DNA from: Actinomycetota bacterium
GTDB lineage: Bacteria; Actinomycetota; Actinomycetes; Actinomycetales; Microbacteriaceae
Length of the DNA: 60,692 nucleotides
Reading direction: 5' to 3'
Assembly (NCBI GenBank): GCA_041165845.1
Contig: JBEAMR010000046.1
Location: 1 to 60,692, forward strand
The position numbers and the translations under genes were made by a program. Shown here in pieces: positions 32,287-41,849 of the stretch (position 1 is its first letter; the number at the start of each line of letters is the position of its first letter). Below the pieces are notes generated by a model, which ran no database searches, was not told where the DNA came from, and worked only from the letters and a program-made list of their open reading frames with translations.

Positions 32287-33153
32287 ATGAGACAAGCCGT
32301 TGACCAATTGGTCGACGGCTTGACTCGTTTAAGGATCGATCTTGCCTACGACGGAACAGATTTCAACGGTTGGGCTAAGCAACCAAAACTTAGAACAGTG
32401 CACGGCGAAGTAGTAAAGGTTTTATCTAAAATCTTTGGACCTTCGGATACTGATTTTGATCTAAGAGTCGCTGGTAGGACAGATGCTGGAGTTCACGCCG
32501 AGCACCAGGTAATCCACATCGATGTGACTCAGGCTCAACTGAAACGTCTTGGTAGGAGCATGGATCTTCGTTTGAAGATGAACTCACTGTTAGACCCAGA
32601 TATTCGAGTAATCAAGGTTGAAACTGCTCCAGCTGACTTTCACGCCAGATACGCCGCTACCCATCGTCGCTACCGATACACCATCGCTGATGCGACCAGT
32701 GGCTGGAATCCACTTAGAGCCAGATTCAACCTCTGGCTGAAATATCCTCTCGATCTAGAGGCTATGCAGGAAGCCAGCAGAGAATTCATCGGATTGCATG
32801 ATTTTGCTGCTTTTAGTAAGCCGAAGCCTAAAGCCACCACAATTAGGGAGCTTAGATCTATCAAGGTATCCAGAAACAAGGCTTTGGGGAATGTCATTGA
32901 GATTGAGCTCATGGCTGATGCCTTTGCCCACAATATGGTCAGATCCATCGTTGGGGCTCTAATCAAGGTGGGAGCAGGCCGAGCTACCGCTAAAGACCTC
33001 GAAAAAGCCCTGAAATCCAAGTCCAGAGCACATCCATACAAGGTTGTCACTCCTGAGGGTCTAAGCCTGATTGAGGTTGGTTACCCGCCCAAGAGCGAGT
33101 ATGCCAAGCAGGTTGCTACCACTCAGCACACCAGGTCTTTGGATGATAATTAG
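32287..33153 (+). CDS. truA: tRNA pseudouridine(38-40) synthase
   Basis: LAYDGTDFNGWAKQP, AGRTDAGVHA, FAHNMVRSIVG; an alternative TTG start at 32320 is possible. Confidence 0.97.
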   Translation: MRQAVDQLVDGLTRLRIDLAYDGTDFNGWAKQPKLRTVHGEVVKVLSKIFGPSDTDFDLRVAGRTDAGVHAEHQVIHIDVTQAQLKRLGRSMDLRLKMNSLLDPDIRVIKVETAPADFHARYAATHRRYRYTIADATSGWNPLRARFNLWLKYPLDLEAMQEASREFIGLHDFAAFSKPKPKATTIRELRSIKVSRNKALGNVIEIELMADAFAHNMVRSIVGALIKVGAGRATAKDLEKALKSKSRAHPYKVVTPEGLSLIEVGYPPKSEYAKQVATTQHTRSLDDN

Positions 33154-33167
33154 CCAATATCTGCGGG

Positions 33168-33197
33168 TTGCATATGTGGTGATGTTCGGGCTAAACT
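33168..33197 (+). promoter_or_regulatory. Putative promoter of rplM-rpsI
   Basis: TTGCAT-18 bp-TAAACT. Confidence 0.55.
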
Positions 33198-33291
33198 TGA
33201 CCCTTGGTGCCGTAAGCCATTTGGCTTAGCCCCTGTTGATGACTCTTAGATTCATCGCCAATCCGATATAAGAAATAGAAGGCAATCTAGC

Positions 33292-33735
33292 GTGCGTACT
33301 TATTCACCGAAGGCTCATGAGCTTCAGAACGACTGGCTCGTAATCGACGCCACTGACGTAGTTCTTGGCCGTCTAGCCGCAACTGCTGCTGCACTACTGC
33401 GCGGCAAGCACAAGCCAACCTTTGCTCCTCATATGGACAACGGTGACTTCGTAGTCATCATCAATGCTGAGAAGGTTGCACTTACCGGATCAAAGCTTCA
33501 GAAGAAGAATGCTTACCGTCACTCTGGTTACCCAGGTGGTCTAACTGCAACTACTTATGCTGAACTTCTAGAGAAGTCACCGGAGAAGGCAGTTGAGAAG
33601 GCAATACGCGGAATGCTTCCTAAGAACACTCTTGGTCGCGACCAGCTTGCAAAACTTAAGGTTTACCGTGGTGCAGAGCACCCTCACGTAGCACAGGCTC
33701 CAAAGCCATACACAATCGGTCAGGTAGCGCAGTAA
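33292..33735 (+). CDS. rplM: 50S ribosomal protein L13
   Basis: [24 protein letters not shown]. Confidence 0.99.
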   Translation: MRTYSPKAHELQNDWLVIDATDVVLGRLAATAAALLRGKHKPTFAPHMDNGDFVVIINAEKVALTGSKLQKKNAYRHSGYPGGLTATTYAELLEKSPEKAVEKAIRGMLPKNTLGRDQLAKLKVYRGAEHPHVAQAPKPYTIGQVAQ

Positions 33736-33758
33736 GCGCTTAGAGGAAAAGAAGACTA

Positions 33759-34265
33759 ATGCCAACTAAGAAAGTCGCTGAAGCTGTTGAAGCTGTAGAA
33801 GCTGCGCCATCATCTTTCACCACTGAGACTCCTGCTGCTAAGGAAACTAAGGCAGCTAAGTCACGTGGTCCACTAACCGTTCCAGGTGCAGGTCTTGGCC
33901 GTCGTAAGGAAGCGATCGCTCGTGTTCGCATCAAGCCAGGGACCGGTGTCATCAAGGTAAACGGTCGTGACCTTGCAGAATACTTCCCAAACAAGTTGCA
34001 CCAGCAGCTAATCACAGACCCTTTTAAGGTTCTAGGTCTTCAGGATTCATACGACGTTGTTGCACGTATCCAGGGTGGTGGAGTCGCTGGTCAGGCTGGT
34101 GCTCTTCGTCTAGGTATCGCACGTTCTCTAAACGAGATCGACCGCGAGAACAACCGTCCAGCTTTGAAGAAGGCAGGCTTTCTATCTCGTGACGCACGTG
34201 TCATCGAGCGCAAGAAGGCTGGTCTTAAGAAGGCTCGTAAGGCTTCTCAGTTCTCAAAGCGTTAA
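33759..34265 (+). CDS. rpsI: 30S ribosomal protein S9
   Basis: [31 protein letters not shown]. Confidence 0.99.
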   Translation: MPTKKVAEAVEAVEAAPSSFTTETPAAKETKAAKSRGPLTVPGAGLGRRKEAIARVRIKPGTGVIKVNGRDLAEYFPNKLHQQLITDPFKVLGLQDSYDVVARIQGGGVAGQAGALRLGIARSLNEIDRENNRPALKKAGFLSRDARVIERKKAGLKKARKASQFSKR

Positions 34266-34300
34266 GTCGCTTCGAGCTACTGCTCGGCTAATCTAAAACC

Positions 34301-35647
34301 ATGGCCCGCCTATTTGGTACCGATGGTGTTCGCGGTGTTGCTAATCGCGATCTCACTGTTTCCCTCACTCTTAAATTGGCGCAAGCTGCTGCCAAAGTCC
34401 TAGGTGAAACTGCACGCAATGAAGGTCGCAGACCAATCGCAATCATTGGTAGAGACCCACGCATCTCAGGCGAGTATTTAGCATCCGCTGTTGCAGCAGG
34501 TTTAGCTTCTTCAGGTGTTGATGTCTTTGATGCCGGAGTTGTGCCAACCCCTGCAACAGCTTTCTTGACTGCAGATTTCTCTGCGGATTTCGGTGTGATG
34601 ATTTCTGCATCACATAACCCAGCACCTGATAACGGGATCAAGTTCTTTGCTGCCGGTGGTCACAAACTTGCTGATGAAATTGAAGACCAAATTGAAGCAG
34701 CGATGCAATCAGAACTACTTGCACCTATCGGCGGTGGAGTTGGTAGAGTGCAAAGATTTGCTGATGCTGAAGACAGATATCTAGTTCACCTTCTAGGTGC
34801 TATTCCTAATTCACTTGAAGGTCTAAAGGTTGTTATTGACTGTGCTCACGGTGCTGCTTCAGCTATTTCACCGCAGGCATTTGCCGACGCGGGTGCAAAA
34901 GTAATTGTTATTGGCAATGACCCTGATGGTCTAAACATCAACTCTGGTTATGGTTCAACACACATGAGTGCACTGCAGTCAGCCGTGCTTGAGAACGACG
35001 CAGACATGGGCTTTGCACACGATGGTGATGCAGATCGTTGTCTAGCAGTTGATCACACTGGAGCAATAGTTGACGGTGATCAGTTGATGGCGATTCTTGC
35101 TCTCTCAGCAAAAGCTAATGGGACTCTCGCCAGAAATACTTTGGTTGCAACAGTGATGAGTAACCTGGGTCTTCGCATCGCCATGAAGGATGCTGGCATC
35201 ACAATGCTTGAAACTAAAGTTGGCGACCGCTACGTTCTAGAACAAATTCGTGAAGGTGGATACACCCTAGGCGGCGAGCAATCAGGTCACATTATCTTTA
35301 GCCGTTATGCCACAACTGGAGACGGCATTCTCACTGCTCTAATGATCGCCGCTGAATCAAAGGCAACAGGCAAGAAGCTCTCAGAACTTGCTGCTCAAAT
35401 GAAGATCTACCCACAGGTACTTATCAACGTCAGAGGTGTTGACCTGAGCAGAGTTGAATCAGATGCCGGCTTACAAGAAGTGGTTAGAGAAGCAGAGGCA
35501 GAGCTGGGAAGCACTGGAAGAGTATTACTTAGAGCCTCAGGTACTGAACCTCTAATCCGCGTAATGGTTGAGGCCGCAGATCAAGGAACAGCACATTCTT
35601 GGGCAGACCGTATTGCACGTGTAGTTGAGAAGAACCTAGCTCTTTAG
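34301..35647 (+). CDS. glmM: Phosphoglucosamine mutase
   Basis: [35 protein letters not shown]. Confidence 0.98.
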   Translation: MARLFGTDGVRGVANRDLTVSLTLKLAQAAAKVLGETARNEGRRPIAIIGRDPRISGEYLASAVAAGLASSGVDVFDAGVVPTPATAFLTADFSADFGVMISASHNPAPDNGIKFFAAGGHKLADEIEDQIEAAMQSELLAPIGGGVGRVQRFADAEDRYLVHLLGAIPNSLEGLKVVIDCAHGAASAISPQAFADAGAKVIVIGNDPDGLNINSGYGSTHMSALQSAVLENDADMGFAHDGDADRCLAVDHTGAIVDGDQLMAILALSAKANGTLARNTLVATVMSNLGLRIAMKDAGITMLETKVGDRYVLEQIREGGYTLGGEQSGHIIFSRYATTGDGILTALMIAAESKATGKKLSELAAQMKIYPQVLINVRGVDLSRVESDAGLQEVVREAEAELGSTGRVLLRASGTEPLIRVMVEAADQGTAHSWADRIARVVEKNLAL

Positions 35648-35745
35648 CTTTTGCTTAGAGTTTCCTGAGTAATGGTGGATTAGCTAAATCCCCACCCTTG
35701 TGCTCGCTAGTCTAGAAATACCGAACCATCTATGAAGGAGAAGTC

Positions 35746-36345
35746 ATGAAGAAACTTACCATCGCTCTTGTTGCTGCAGCATTGCTGCTTGCGCCAGTTG
35801 CAACCGCTAACGCAGCCCCGAAGGGTGGTTCAGATAGAGCTAAGTGCACCGTTGCTGATGTGAGAACTCAGAACACATTGGATGCAGCTGCTAAGGCTGC
35901 CAAGAAGGCTGAACAAGCCGCTAAGCGCGAAGCCGCAAAGCTAAGCGGACAGAAGAAGAAGGCCGAGTCAGAACTAAAGAAGGCAAAGGAAGGCAAAGCT
36001 AAGAGGGTTAAGACCTTGGCTGAGTTGAATGCCCAGCTAGTCAAACTGAACGCAAAAATCGCCGCTTGGACCGCAAAGATTGAAACCGCTACAGGCGCTG
36101 AACTAGCCGATGCTCAAGAAGATCTAGCTGAAGCACAGGTTCGCCTAACCAAGCTAAACGCATCAATTGAGAAGGCAACGGCGGATGCTGCCGCCGCGAC
36201 TACAACTGTTGAAACAGTCACCACAACTGTTACCGAAGTTGCTGCAGAGATCGAAGAAGTTGAAGATGAAGCTGCTGAAGCTGCCGAAGAAGCAGCCAAA
36301 AAGGCAGCCGAACTTACCAAAGAAAAGGGTAAGTGCAAGAGATAG
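35746..36345 (+). CDS. Secreted hypothetical coiled-coil protein
   Basis: AAGGAG SD; Sec signal MKKLTIALVAAALLLAPVATANA; Ala/Lys/Glu heptads; Cys34 and Cys197. Confidence 0.85.
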   Translation: MKKLTIALVAAALLLAPVATANAAPKGGSDRAKCTVADVRTQNTLDAAAKAAKKAEQAAKREAAKLSGQKKKAESELKKAKEGKAKRVKTLAELNAQLVKLNAKIAAWTAKIETATGAELADAQEDLAEAQVRLTKLNASIEKATADAAAATTTVETVTTTVTEVAAEIEEVEDEAAEAAEEAAKKAAELTKEKGKCKR

Positions 36346-36357
36346 TTTCAAAAAGTG

Positions 36358-36391
36358 AAAGAGGCCTCGGGAAACCGGGGTCTCTTTATTT
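36358..36391. terminator. Bidirectional intrinsic terminator between convergent genes
   Basis: AAAGAGGCCTCGG-gaaa-CCGGGGTCTCTTT. Confidence 0.8.
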
Positions 36392-36402
36392 AACTCTGTG
36401 AA

Positions 36403-37365
36403 TCAAATTTTTCTGAGTAAGACTTTTTCAACTCGGTGTTTCACACCTTTTTGTAATACTAGTGTGGCTCTGGACTTAGTTGAGATGATGTTTTCCAGCA
36501 AGTTCGGCAAGTTGATTGTTCGCCAGATTTCTTTGGCTCTATCAAGAGCATCTTCCATAGGCATCTCCGCGTATTTGTGGAAATAGGATTCTGGGTTCCT
36601 AAAAGCTGATTCACGAAGTTGCTTGAATCGATCTAGGTACCAGGATTCAATCTCATCTGTTGGGGCATCGACATAGATCTGGAAATCAAAGTAATCACTT
36701 AGAGCAACTTCTTGTCCAATAGCTGGTGGCTGCAGAACATTTAATCCTTCAACAATCACAACATCAGGGGAATTAACAACTAATTCAGATCCTGGCACTA
36801 TGTCATAGGTCAGGTGTGAGTAAACCGGTGCTCTTACTTCTTCTTTACCCGATTTGATGTCAGCTACAAATTTCAGCAGTGCAAGTCGGTCATAGGATTC
36901 TGGGAAACCCTTTTTAGCCATCAGACCTTTTTCTTCAAGGACACTGTTTGGGTATAGGAAACCATCGGTTGTTACAAGGGAAACTCTTGGCGTGGTTGGC
37001 CATCTACTTAGTAGCTCTTTGAGCAATCTGGAAACTGTTGATTTACCAACAGCAACTGATCCTGCAACTCCGATGATGAAAGGGGTTCGCTTTGCTGTTC
37101 CGTTGAGGAAATCTCCAGAGGCTTGATGGAGCTGCTGAGTGTTGGTCACGTAGAGGTTCAGTAGTTGGGAGAGCGGTAGGTAGATATCAGCAACCTCAGC
37201 TAAGTCAAGGAAGTCACCTAAACCGCGGATGTTCTCAACCTCTGCTTCAGTTAGAGGAGTGTCATTACTCTTGGCGAGTTCTGCCCATTCGCTTCTTGAA
37301 ATCTCAATAAAGGGAGAAAGAGCCTGATTCTCTATAGGGTTTAGCCCTGTCGGCTCAGCGTTCAC
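36403..37365 (-). CDS. coaA: Type I pantothenate kinase
   Basis: GSVAVGKST, TTDGFL, KGFPESYD, YSHLTYD, EGLNVLQ. Confidence 0.98.
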   Translation of the reverse strand: MNAEPTGLNPIENQALSPFIEISRSEWAELAKSNDTPLTEAEVENIRGLGDFLDLAEVADIYLPLSQLLNLYVTNTQQLHQASGDFLNGTAKRTPFIIGVAGSVAVGKSTVSRLLKELLSRWPTTPRVSLVTTDGFLYPNSVLEEKGLMAKKGFPESYDRLALLKFVADIKSGKEEVRAPVYSHLTYDIVPGSELVVNSPDVVIVEGLNVLQPPAIGQEVALSDYFDFQIYVDAPTDEIESWYLDRFKQLRESAFRNPESYFHKYAEMPMEDALDRAKEIWRTINLPNLLENIISTKSRATLVLQKGVKHRVEKVLLRKI

Positions 37366-37392
37366 AATGTCATTCTGCCTTAAACTAGGGGT
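37366..37392. promoter_or_regulatory. Back-to-back leaderless -10 elements for coaA and glmS
   Basis: Minus strand CAGAAT-6 nt-GTG; plus strand TAAACT-6 nt-ATG. Confidence 0.6.
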
Positions 37393-39246
37393 ATGTGTGG
37401 AATCGTGGGCTATGTTGGGCCAAAATCAACTGTTGAGGTTCTACTCGGTGGCCTAAAGAGACTCGAATACCGTGGCTACGACAGCGCTGGAGTTTCTGTA
37501 ATTACTAAAACTGGTGCTCTTGAAACCAGAAAGCGCTCAGGAAAGCTCTCAGTCCTAGTTGAAGACATCGATAAGAACCCTCTGGGAGCAGCCAACATCG
37601 GCATCGGCCACACCAGATGGGCCACCCACGGAGCTCCGACAGATGGCAATGCTCACCCTCACCTAGGTGGAGCTAGCCAGAAACTGAGCCTGATTCACAA
37701 CGGCATCATTGAAAACTTTGCTGAGTTGAAATCTGAACTTTTAGAAGTAGGTGTTACCTTCGCCAGCGAGACCGATACCGAAGTTGCGGCTCACCTAATT
37801 GCCGCCGAATACGATGCCTCAGGCGATCTAGTCGATGCATTCCGTAAAGTGGTTCGTCGCCTACACGGAGCTTTCACCATTCTTGCAGTCCACGAAGACC
37901 AGCCAGGAATCGTGGTTGCCGCTAGAAGAAACTCACCGCTAGTTATTGGTTTAGGTGAGGGAGAGAACTTCCTTGGCTCTGACGTTGCTGCTTTTGTTGA
38001 GCACACCAACAGGGCCATCTCGGTTGGACAGGATGAGATTGTCATTCTAAGAAGTGACCGAGTTGAACTAGAGGACTTTTCAGGTAGCAGGGTAACCCAC
38101 CCTGAGTTCCAGATTGATTGGGATGCCAGTGCTGCCTCTAAGGGTGGTTGGTCATCTTTCATGGCTAAGGAAATTTCTGATCAGCCTCAGGCAGTTGGTG
38201 ACACCCTGATGGGTAGAGTCTCATCTAATGGCTCTGTTCACCTGAATGAACTAGCTCCACTAGGTGCTGCGCTTGGCTCTGTCGACAGAATCATCATGGT
38301 TGCCTGTGGAACTGCGGCCTATGCTTCTGAAGTTGGTAAGTATGCAATTGAAGCTTGGTCACGAATCCCAGTAAGCGTTGAACTCTCTCATGAATTCAGA
38401 TACCGTGATCCAATTCTGACCAGCAACACTTTGGTCGTTGCAGTTAGCCAATCTGGTGAAACCATGGACACTCTGATGGCAACTCGTTATGCCAAAGAAG
38501 CAGGAGCTATGGTCCTGAGTATTTGTAATACTCAGGGAGCTACTCTGGCTCGCGAAGCAGATGCTGTTCTTTATACTCATGCCGGCCCGGAGGTGGCAGT
38601 TGCATCTACTAAAGCTTTCACAGCGCAGATCACCAGCATCTATCTGCTAGCTCTTCATCTAGCAGCTGTTCGCTCAACTCACTCAAAGAGTGAACTACAA
38701 GAAATTGGTAGAGAACTTCTAAAGCTGCCAGGACAGATTGCGGAAGTGCTAACTGGCTTAGACCCAATTAGAGAACTAGCTAGAAGTTACAAGGACGCTA
38801 AGACTGTTTTGTTCTTGGGTAGAAATGTTGGCTTCCCAATTGCACTTGAAGGTGCACTAAAACTAAAAGAGCTTGCATACATTCACTCAGAGGGTTTTGC
38901 AGCTGGAGAACTAAAGCATGGGCCTATCGCTCTCATTGAACAGGGACAGCCGGTTATAGTCATTGTTCCTAGCGTCAATGACTCAGATTCACTGCATGCC
39001 AAGGTAGTTAGCAACATTCAGGAAATCCTAGCTCGAGGAGCAAAGGTTATAGCTATTGCTGAAGATGGAGATACTGCAGTTAGTCAAGTAACAGATCAGG
39101 TTTGTTTTGTTCCTGCAGTTCACAAGATGTTAGCTCCAATCCTGACTGTTATTCCACTTCAGGTATTTGCAATGGAACTCTCTGCAGCTAAGGGTTTAGA
39201 TGTTGATCAACCTCGTAACCTCGCTAAGTCTGTGACGGTTGAATAA
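37393..39246 (+). CDS. glmS: Glutamine-fructose-6-phosphate aminotransferase
   Basis: MCGIVG, LEYRGYDSAG, GHTRWATHG, PRNLAKSVTVE. Confidence 0.99.
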   Translation: MCGIVGYVGPKSTVEVLLGGLKRLEYRGYDSAGVSVITKTGALETRKRSGKLSVLVEDIDKNPLGAANIGIGHTRWATHGAPTDGNAHPHLGGASQKLSLIHNGIIENFAELKSELLEVGVTFASETDTEVAAHLIAAEYDASGDLVDAFRKVVRRLHGAFTILAVHEDQPGIVVAARRNSPLVIGLGEGENFLGSDVAAFVEHTNRAISVGQDEIVILRSDRVELEDFSGSRVTHPEFQIDWDASAASKGGWSSFMAKEISDQPQAVGDTLMGRVSSNGSVHLNELAPLGAALGSVDRIIMVACGTAAYASEVGKYAIEAWSRIPVSVELSHEFRYRDPILTSNTLVVAVSQSGETMDTLMATRYAKEAGAMVLSICNTQGATLAREADAVLYTHAGPEVAVASTKAFTAQITSIYLLALHLAAVRSTHSKSELQEIGRELLKLPGQIAEVLTGLDPIRELARSYKDAKTVLFLGRNVGFPIALEGALKLKELAYIHSEGFAAGELKHGPIALIEQGQPVIVIVPSVNDSDSLHAKVVSNIQEILARGAKVIAIAEDGDTAVSQVTDQVCFVPAVHKMLAPILTVIPLQVFAMELSAAKGLDVDQPRNLAKSVTVE

Positions 39247-39248
39247 CC

Positions 39249-39605
39249 ATGATCGTAGGCATCGGCGTTGACCTAGTTGATCTTGAGAGATTCGAGAGCA
39301 AACTAACAAACACTCCTGCCCTAGTTGAACGCATCTTCACAGAAACTGAGCGAGGTGCGGCCAACCAGTCACTTGCTGGATACTGGGCTGCTAAAGAAGC
39401 TGTCATCAAAGCACTAGGTAATCCAGTTGGTTTGAGTTGGCACGATGTCGCCGTTCAAAAAGATGAGCTTGGTAAACCTCATCTAAACATCTCAGGGGAG
39501 ACAGCAGTGAGAGCTAGTTCTATGGGGATTAGTAAATGGCATCTTTCAATTAGCCACGATGGTGGTATGGCATGTGCAATGGTAGTTGCAGAGGCGGGTG
39601 CTTGA
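39249..39605 (+). CDS. acpS: Holo-ACP synthase
   Basis: GIGVDLV, WAAKEAVIKALG, HLSISHD. Confidence 0.96.
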   Translation: MIVGIGVDLVDLERFESKLTNTPALVERIFTETERGAANQSLAGYWAAKEAVIKALGNPVGLSWHDVAVQKDELGKPHLNISGETAVRASSMGISKWHLSISHDGGMACAMVVAEAGA

Positions 39606-40723
39606 TGAGAAAACTAACCATTGACCTAAACGCTGTGGCTGAAAACCTTGGCACCATAAGAACATTGGTCGGGCCAACTGTAAAGGTTATGGGTGTTGTC
39701 AAAGCTGATGCTTATGGGCACGGGATGATTCAGGTAGCTAAGAAGTTAGAAGCAGAGGGAATTGATTTCCTAGGGACAGCAGATTTAACTGAAGCGCTAA
39801 CTCTTCGTGCCGTTGGAATCAGATCTAGAATTCTGGCTTGGATACATGACCCAGAAGATGACTTCGTTGCCTCAGTAAACCACGGGATTGATTTGGCAGT
39901 ATCTTCTAACGATCAACTGTTCAGAATTCAGAAAGCTGCCAAGGCAACAGGCAAGTCAGCAAGAATTCATATCAAGGTTGACACCGGTCTTGGACGTAAC
40001 GGTGTGACCCTGTCTGAACTTGAGGATCTTCTAAGGCACATCAAGGTTGCTGTCAGTGAAGGAACTGTGATCACCTCAGGTATTTTCAGTCACCTTTCTT
40101 CAACTGGCCCAAGAGAAGACTTAGAACAGATTGCTCGATTTGAAGATGCACTGGCATTGACGACTGAGCATGGTTTTGAGTTTGAGGTTAGACACCTAAC
40201 TGCTAGCGATGGAACTTTGAGTTACCCCCAGGCAAGATATGACATGGTGCGCTGTGGGATTGCTCTATACGGTCTATCGCCTTTTAGTGATAACAAGGGT
40301 AAAGAGTTTGGACTCAAGCCAGTGATGTGTGCTGAAGCTAAGGTTGTTCAGACTAAGCGAGTGCCTTCAGGTAGTGGGGTCTCTTACGGGTATCTGTACC
40401 ACACGACAAGGGAAACCACTTTGGCACTCGTGCCAGTTGGCTATGCAGAAGGCTTACCTCGTAATGCAACTGGTAAAGCTGAAGTTTGTATCAATGGAAA
40501 GAGGTATCCAATCCTCTCTCGAATTGCAATGGATCAGTTTGTCGTTGATGTTGGCGATGCATCGGTTAGCCCAGGCGATCGCGTTGTTATCTTTGGTGAC
40601 TGTGGTCCTAGTGCTGATGATCTTGCTAATGCTGCTGACACCATCAACTATGAGATTGTCACTCGAATAGGTTCGAGGCTAAACAGGGTCTATCTAGGCT
40701 CTGTTGAGGGTAGTCAGAATTGA
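39605..40723 (+). CDS. alr: Alanine racemase
   Basis: VVKADAYGHG, HIKVDTGLGRNG, GYAEG, MDQ, TINYEIVT; ATG start coupled to the acpS stop (TGATG). Confidence 0.97.
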   Translation: MRKLTIDLNAVAENLGTIRTLVGPTVKVMGVVKADAYGHGMIQVAKKLEAEGIDFLGTADLTEALTLRAVGIRSRILAWIHDPEDDFVASVNHGIDLAVSSNDQLFRIQKAAKATGKSARIHIKVDTGLGRNGVTLSELEDLLRHIKVAVSEGTVITSGIFSHLSSTGPREDLEQIARFEDALALTTEHGFEFEVRHLTASDGTLSYPQARYDMVRCGIALYGLSPFSDNKGKEFGLKPVMCAEAKVVQTKRVPSGSGVSYGYLYHTTRETTLALVPVGYAEGLPRNATGKAEVCINGKRYPILSRIAMDQFVVDVGDASVSPGDRVVIFGDCGPSADDLANAADTINYEIVTRIGSRLNRVYLGSVEGSQN

Positions 40724-41190
40724 CCGAGAGCTCTTTGCTCTTCAAGTCTGTAATCAACACACCTGAGGAGATGGTTGCCCTAGGCGAGCGTGTATCCAAG
40801 GTGCTTGCTGCAGGAGATCTAGTATTACTAATTGGTCCATTGGGTGCAGGTAAAACAACTTTCACCAGAGGTGTTGGTCACGGCCTTCAGGTAGTAGGTA
40901 ACGTTTCAAGCCCAACCTTCGTAATAGCAAGAACACATAAGCGCGAAGACAATCAACCTCCATTGGTCCACGTAGATGCATACCGTCTAGGTTCGCCAAG
41001 TGAACTAGATGATTTAGACATTCCATTCACTAGTTCAATAGTTTTAGTTGAGTGGGGTAAAGGTCTGACCGAAGGTATTGCAGATAACTGGCTAGAGATT
41101 GAAATCGGTAGAGATCACACCGGTGAAACTGAAGATAGAACAGTTGAGATAACTGGTTACGGTCCTCGTTGGCAGCAGGTGACACTGTGA
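40720..41190 (+). CDS. tsaE: t6A biosynthesis ATPase TsaE
   Basis: GPLGAGKTT, VSSPTF, HVDAYRL, VEWG. Confidence 0.97.
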   Translation: MTESSLLFKSVINTPEEMVALGERVSKVLAAGDLVLLIGPLGAGKTTFTRGVGHGLQVVGNVSSPTFVIARTHKREDNQPPLVHVDAYRLGSPSELDDLDIPFTSSIVLVEWGKGLTEGIADNWLEIEIGRDHTGETEDRTVEITGYGPRWQQVTL

Positions 41191-41849
41191 GTGAACATTT
41201 GGTTTCAGTGAAACAAGAATATGTTTTAGCAATCGATACTTCAGCTGGAACAACAGTTGCTGTATTGAGTTTGGGCGAAGTCCTTGCTGAACTGAACTAT
41301 CTAGAGCCCATGACTCATTCTGAGCGCATTGGTAGTGCAATTGAAGAAGTCCTAGCGAAGGCAAAGGTTTCTCCTAGCAATATCTCACAAGTGGTAGTTG
41401 GACGAGGACCTGGTCCATACACCGGCCTTAGGGTCGGTTTAGCTGCCGCTAAATTCTTTGCTTTCGGAGCTAGTGCTGAACTTCTTGGTATCTGCAGCTT
41501 GGATGCTATTGCATATAGCTATTACCAACAGAACCCGAATCAGAACGTTCCAGTTCTGGTAACTACCGATGCTAGAAGACAAGAAGTCTTCTGGGCGCTA
41601 TACAACGGGATCGACAAGGGTGTCCCGATAAGAGTTGAAGGACCAAGCGTTAACAAGCCTGCATATCTGAAAGAGCTTTTAACGGGACAAGAACACACTG
41701 TTACAGATTTGCCAATAACTGCTTCATCTCTAGGCCAAGTTGCACACTTCCAATCACTCACCGACCTTGGTGCTTCTAGAGACTCTTCACCTATCTACCT
41801 TCGTGAACCAGATGCCACACCTAGTAAGGCTAAGAGGGTGAGTGGGTAG
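41187..41849 (+). CDS. tsaB: t6A biosynthesis protein TsaB
   Basis: [29 protein letters not shown]; GTG start overlaps the tsaE stop. Confidence 0.95.
   Translation: MSEHLVSVKQEYVLAIDTSAGTTVAVLSLGEVLAELNYLEPMTHSERIGSAIEEVLAKAKVSPSNISQVVVGRGPGPYTGLRVGLAAAKFFAFGASAELLGICSLDAIAYSYYQQNPNQNVPVLVTTDARRQEVFWALYNGIDKGVPIRVEGPSVNKPAYLKELLTGQEHTVTDLPITASSLGQVAHFQSLTDLGASRDSSPIYLREPDATPSKAKRVSG

Noticed and set aside
37366-37392. glmS ribozyme
   Set aside because: Only 27 bp separate coaA and glmS.
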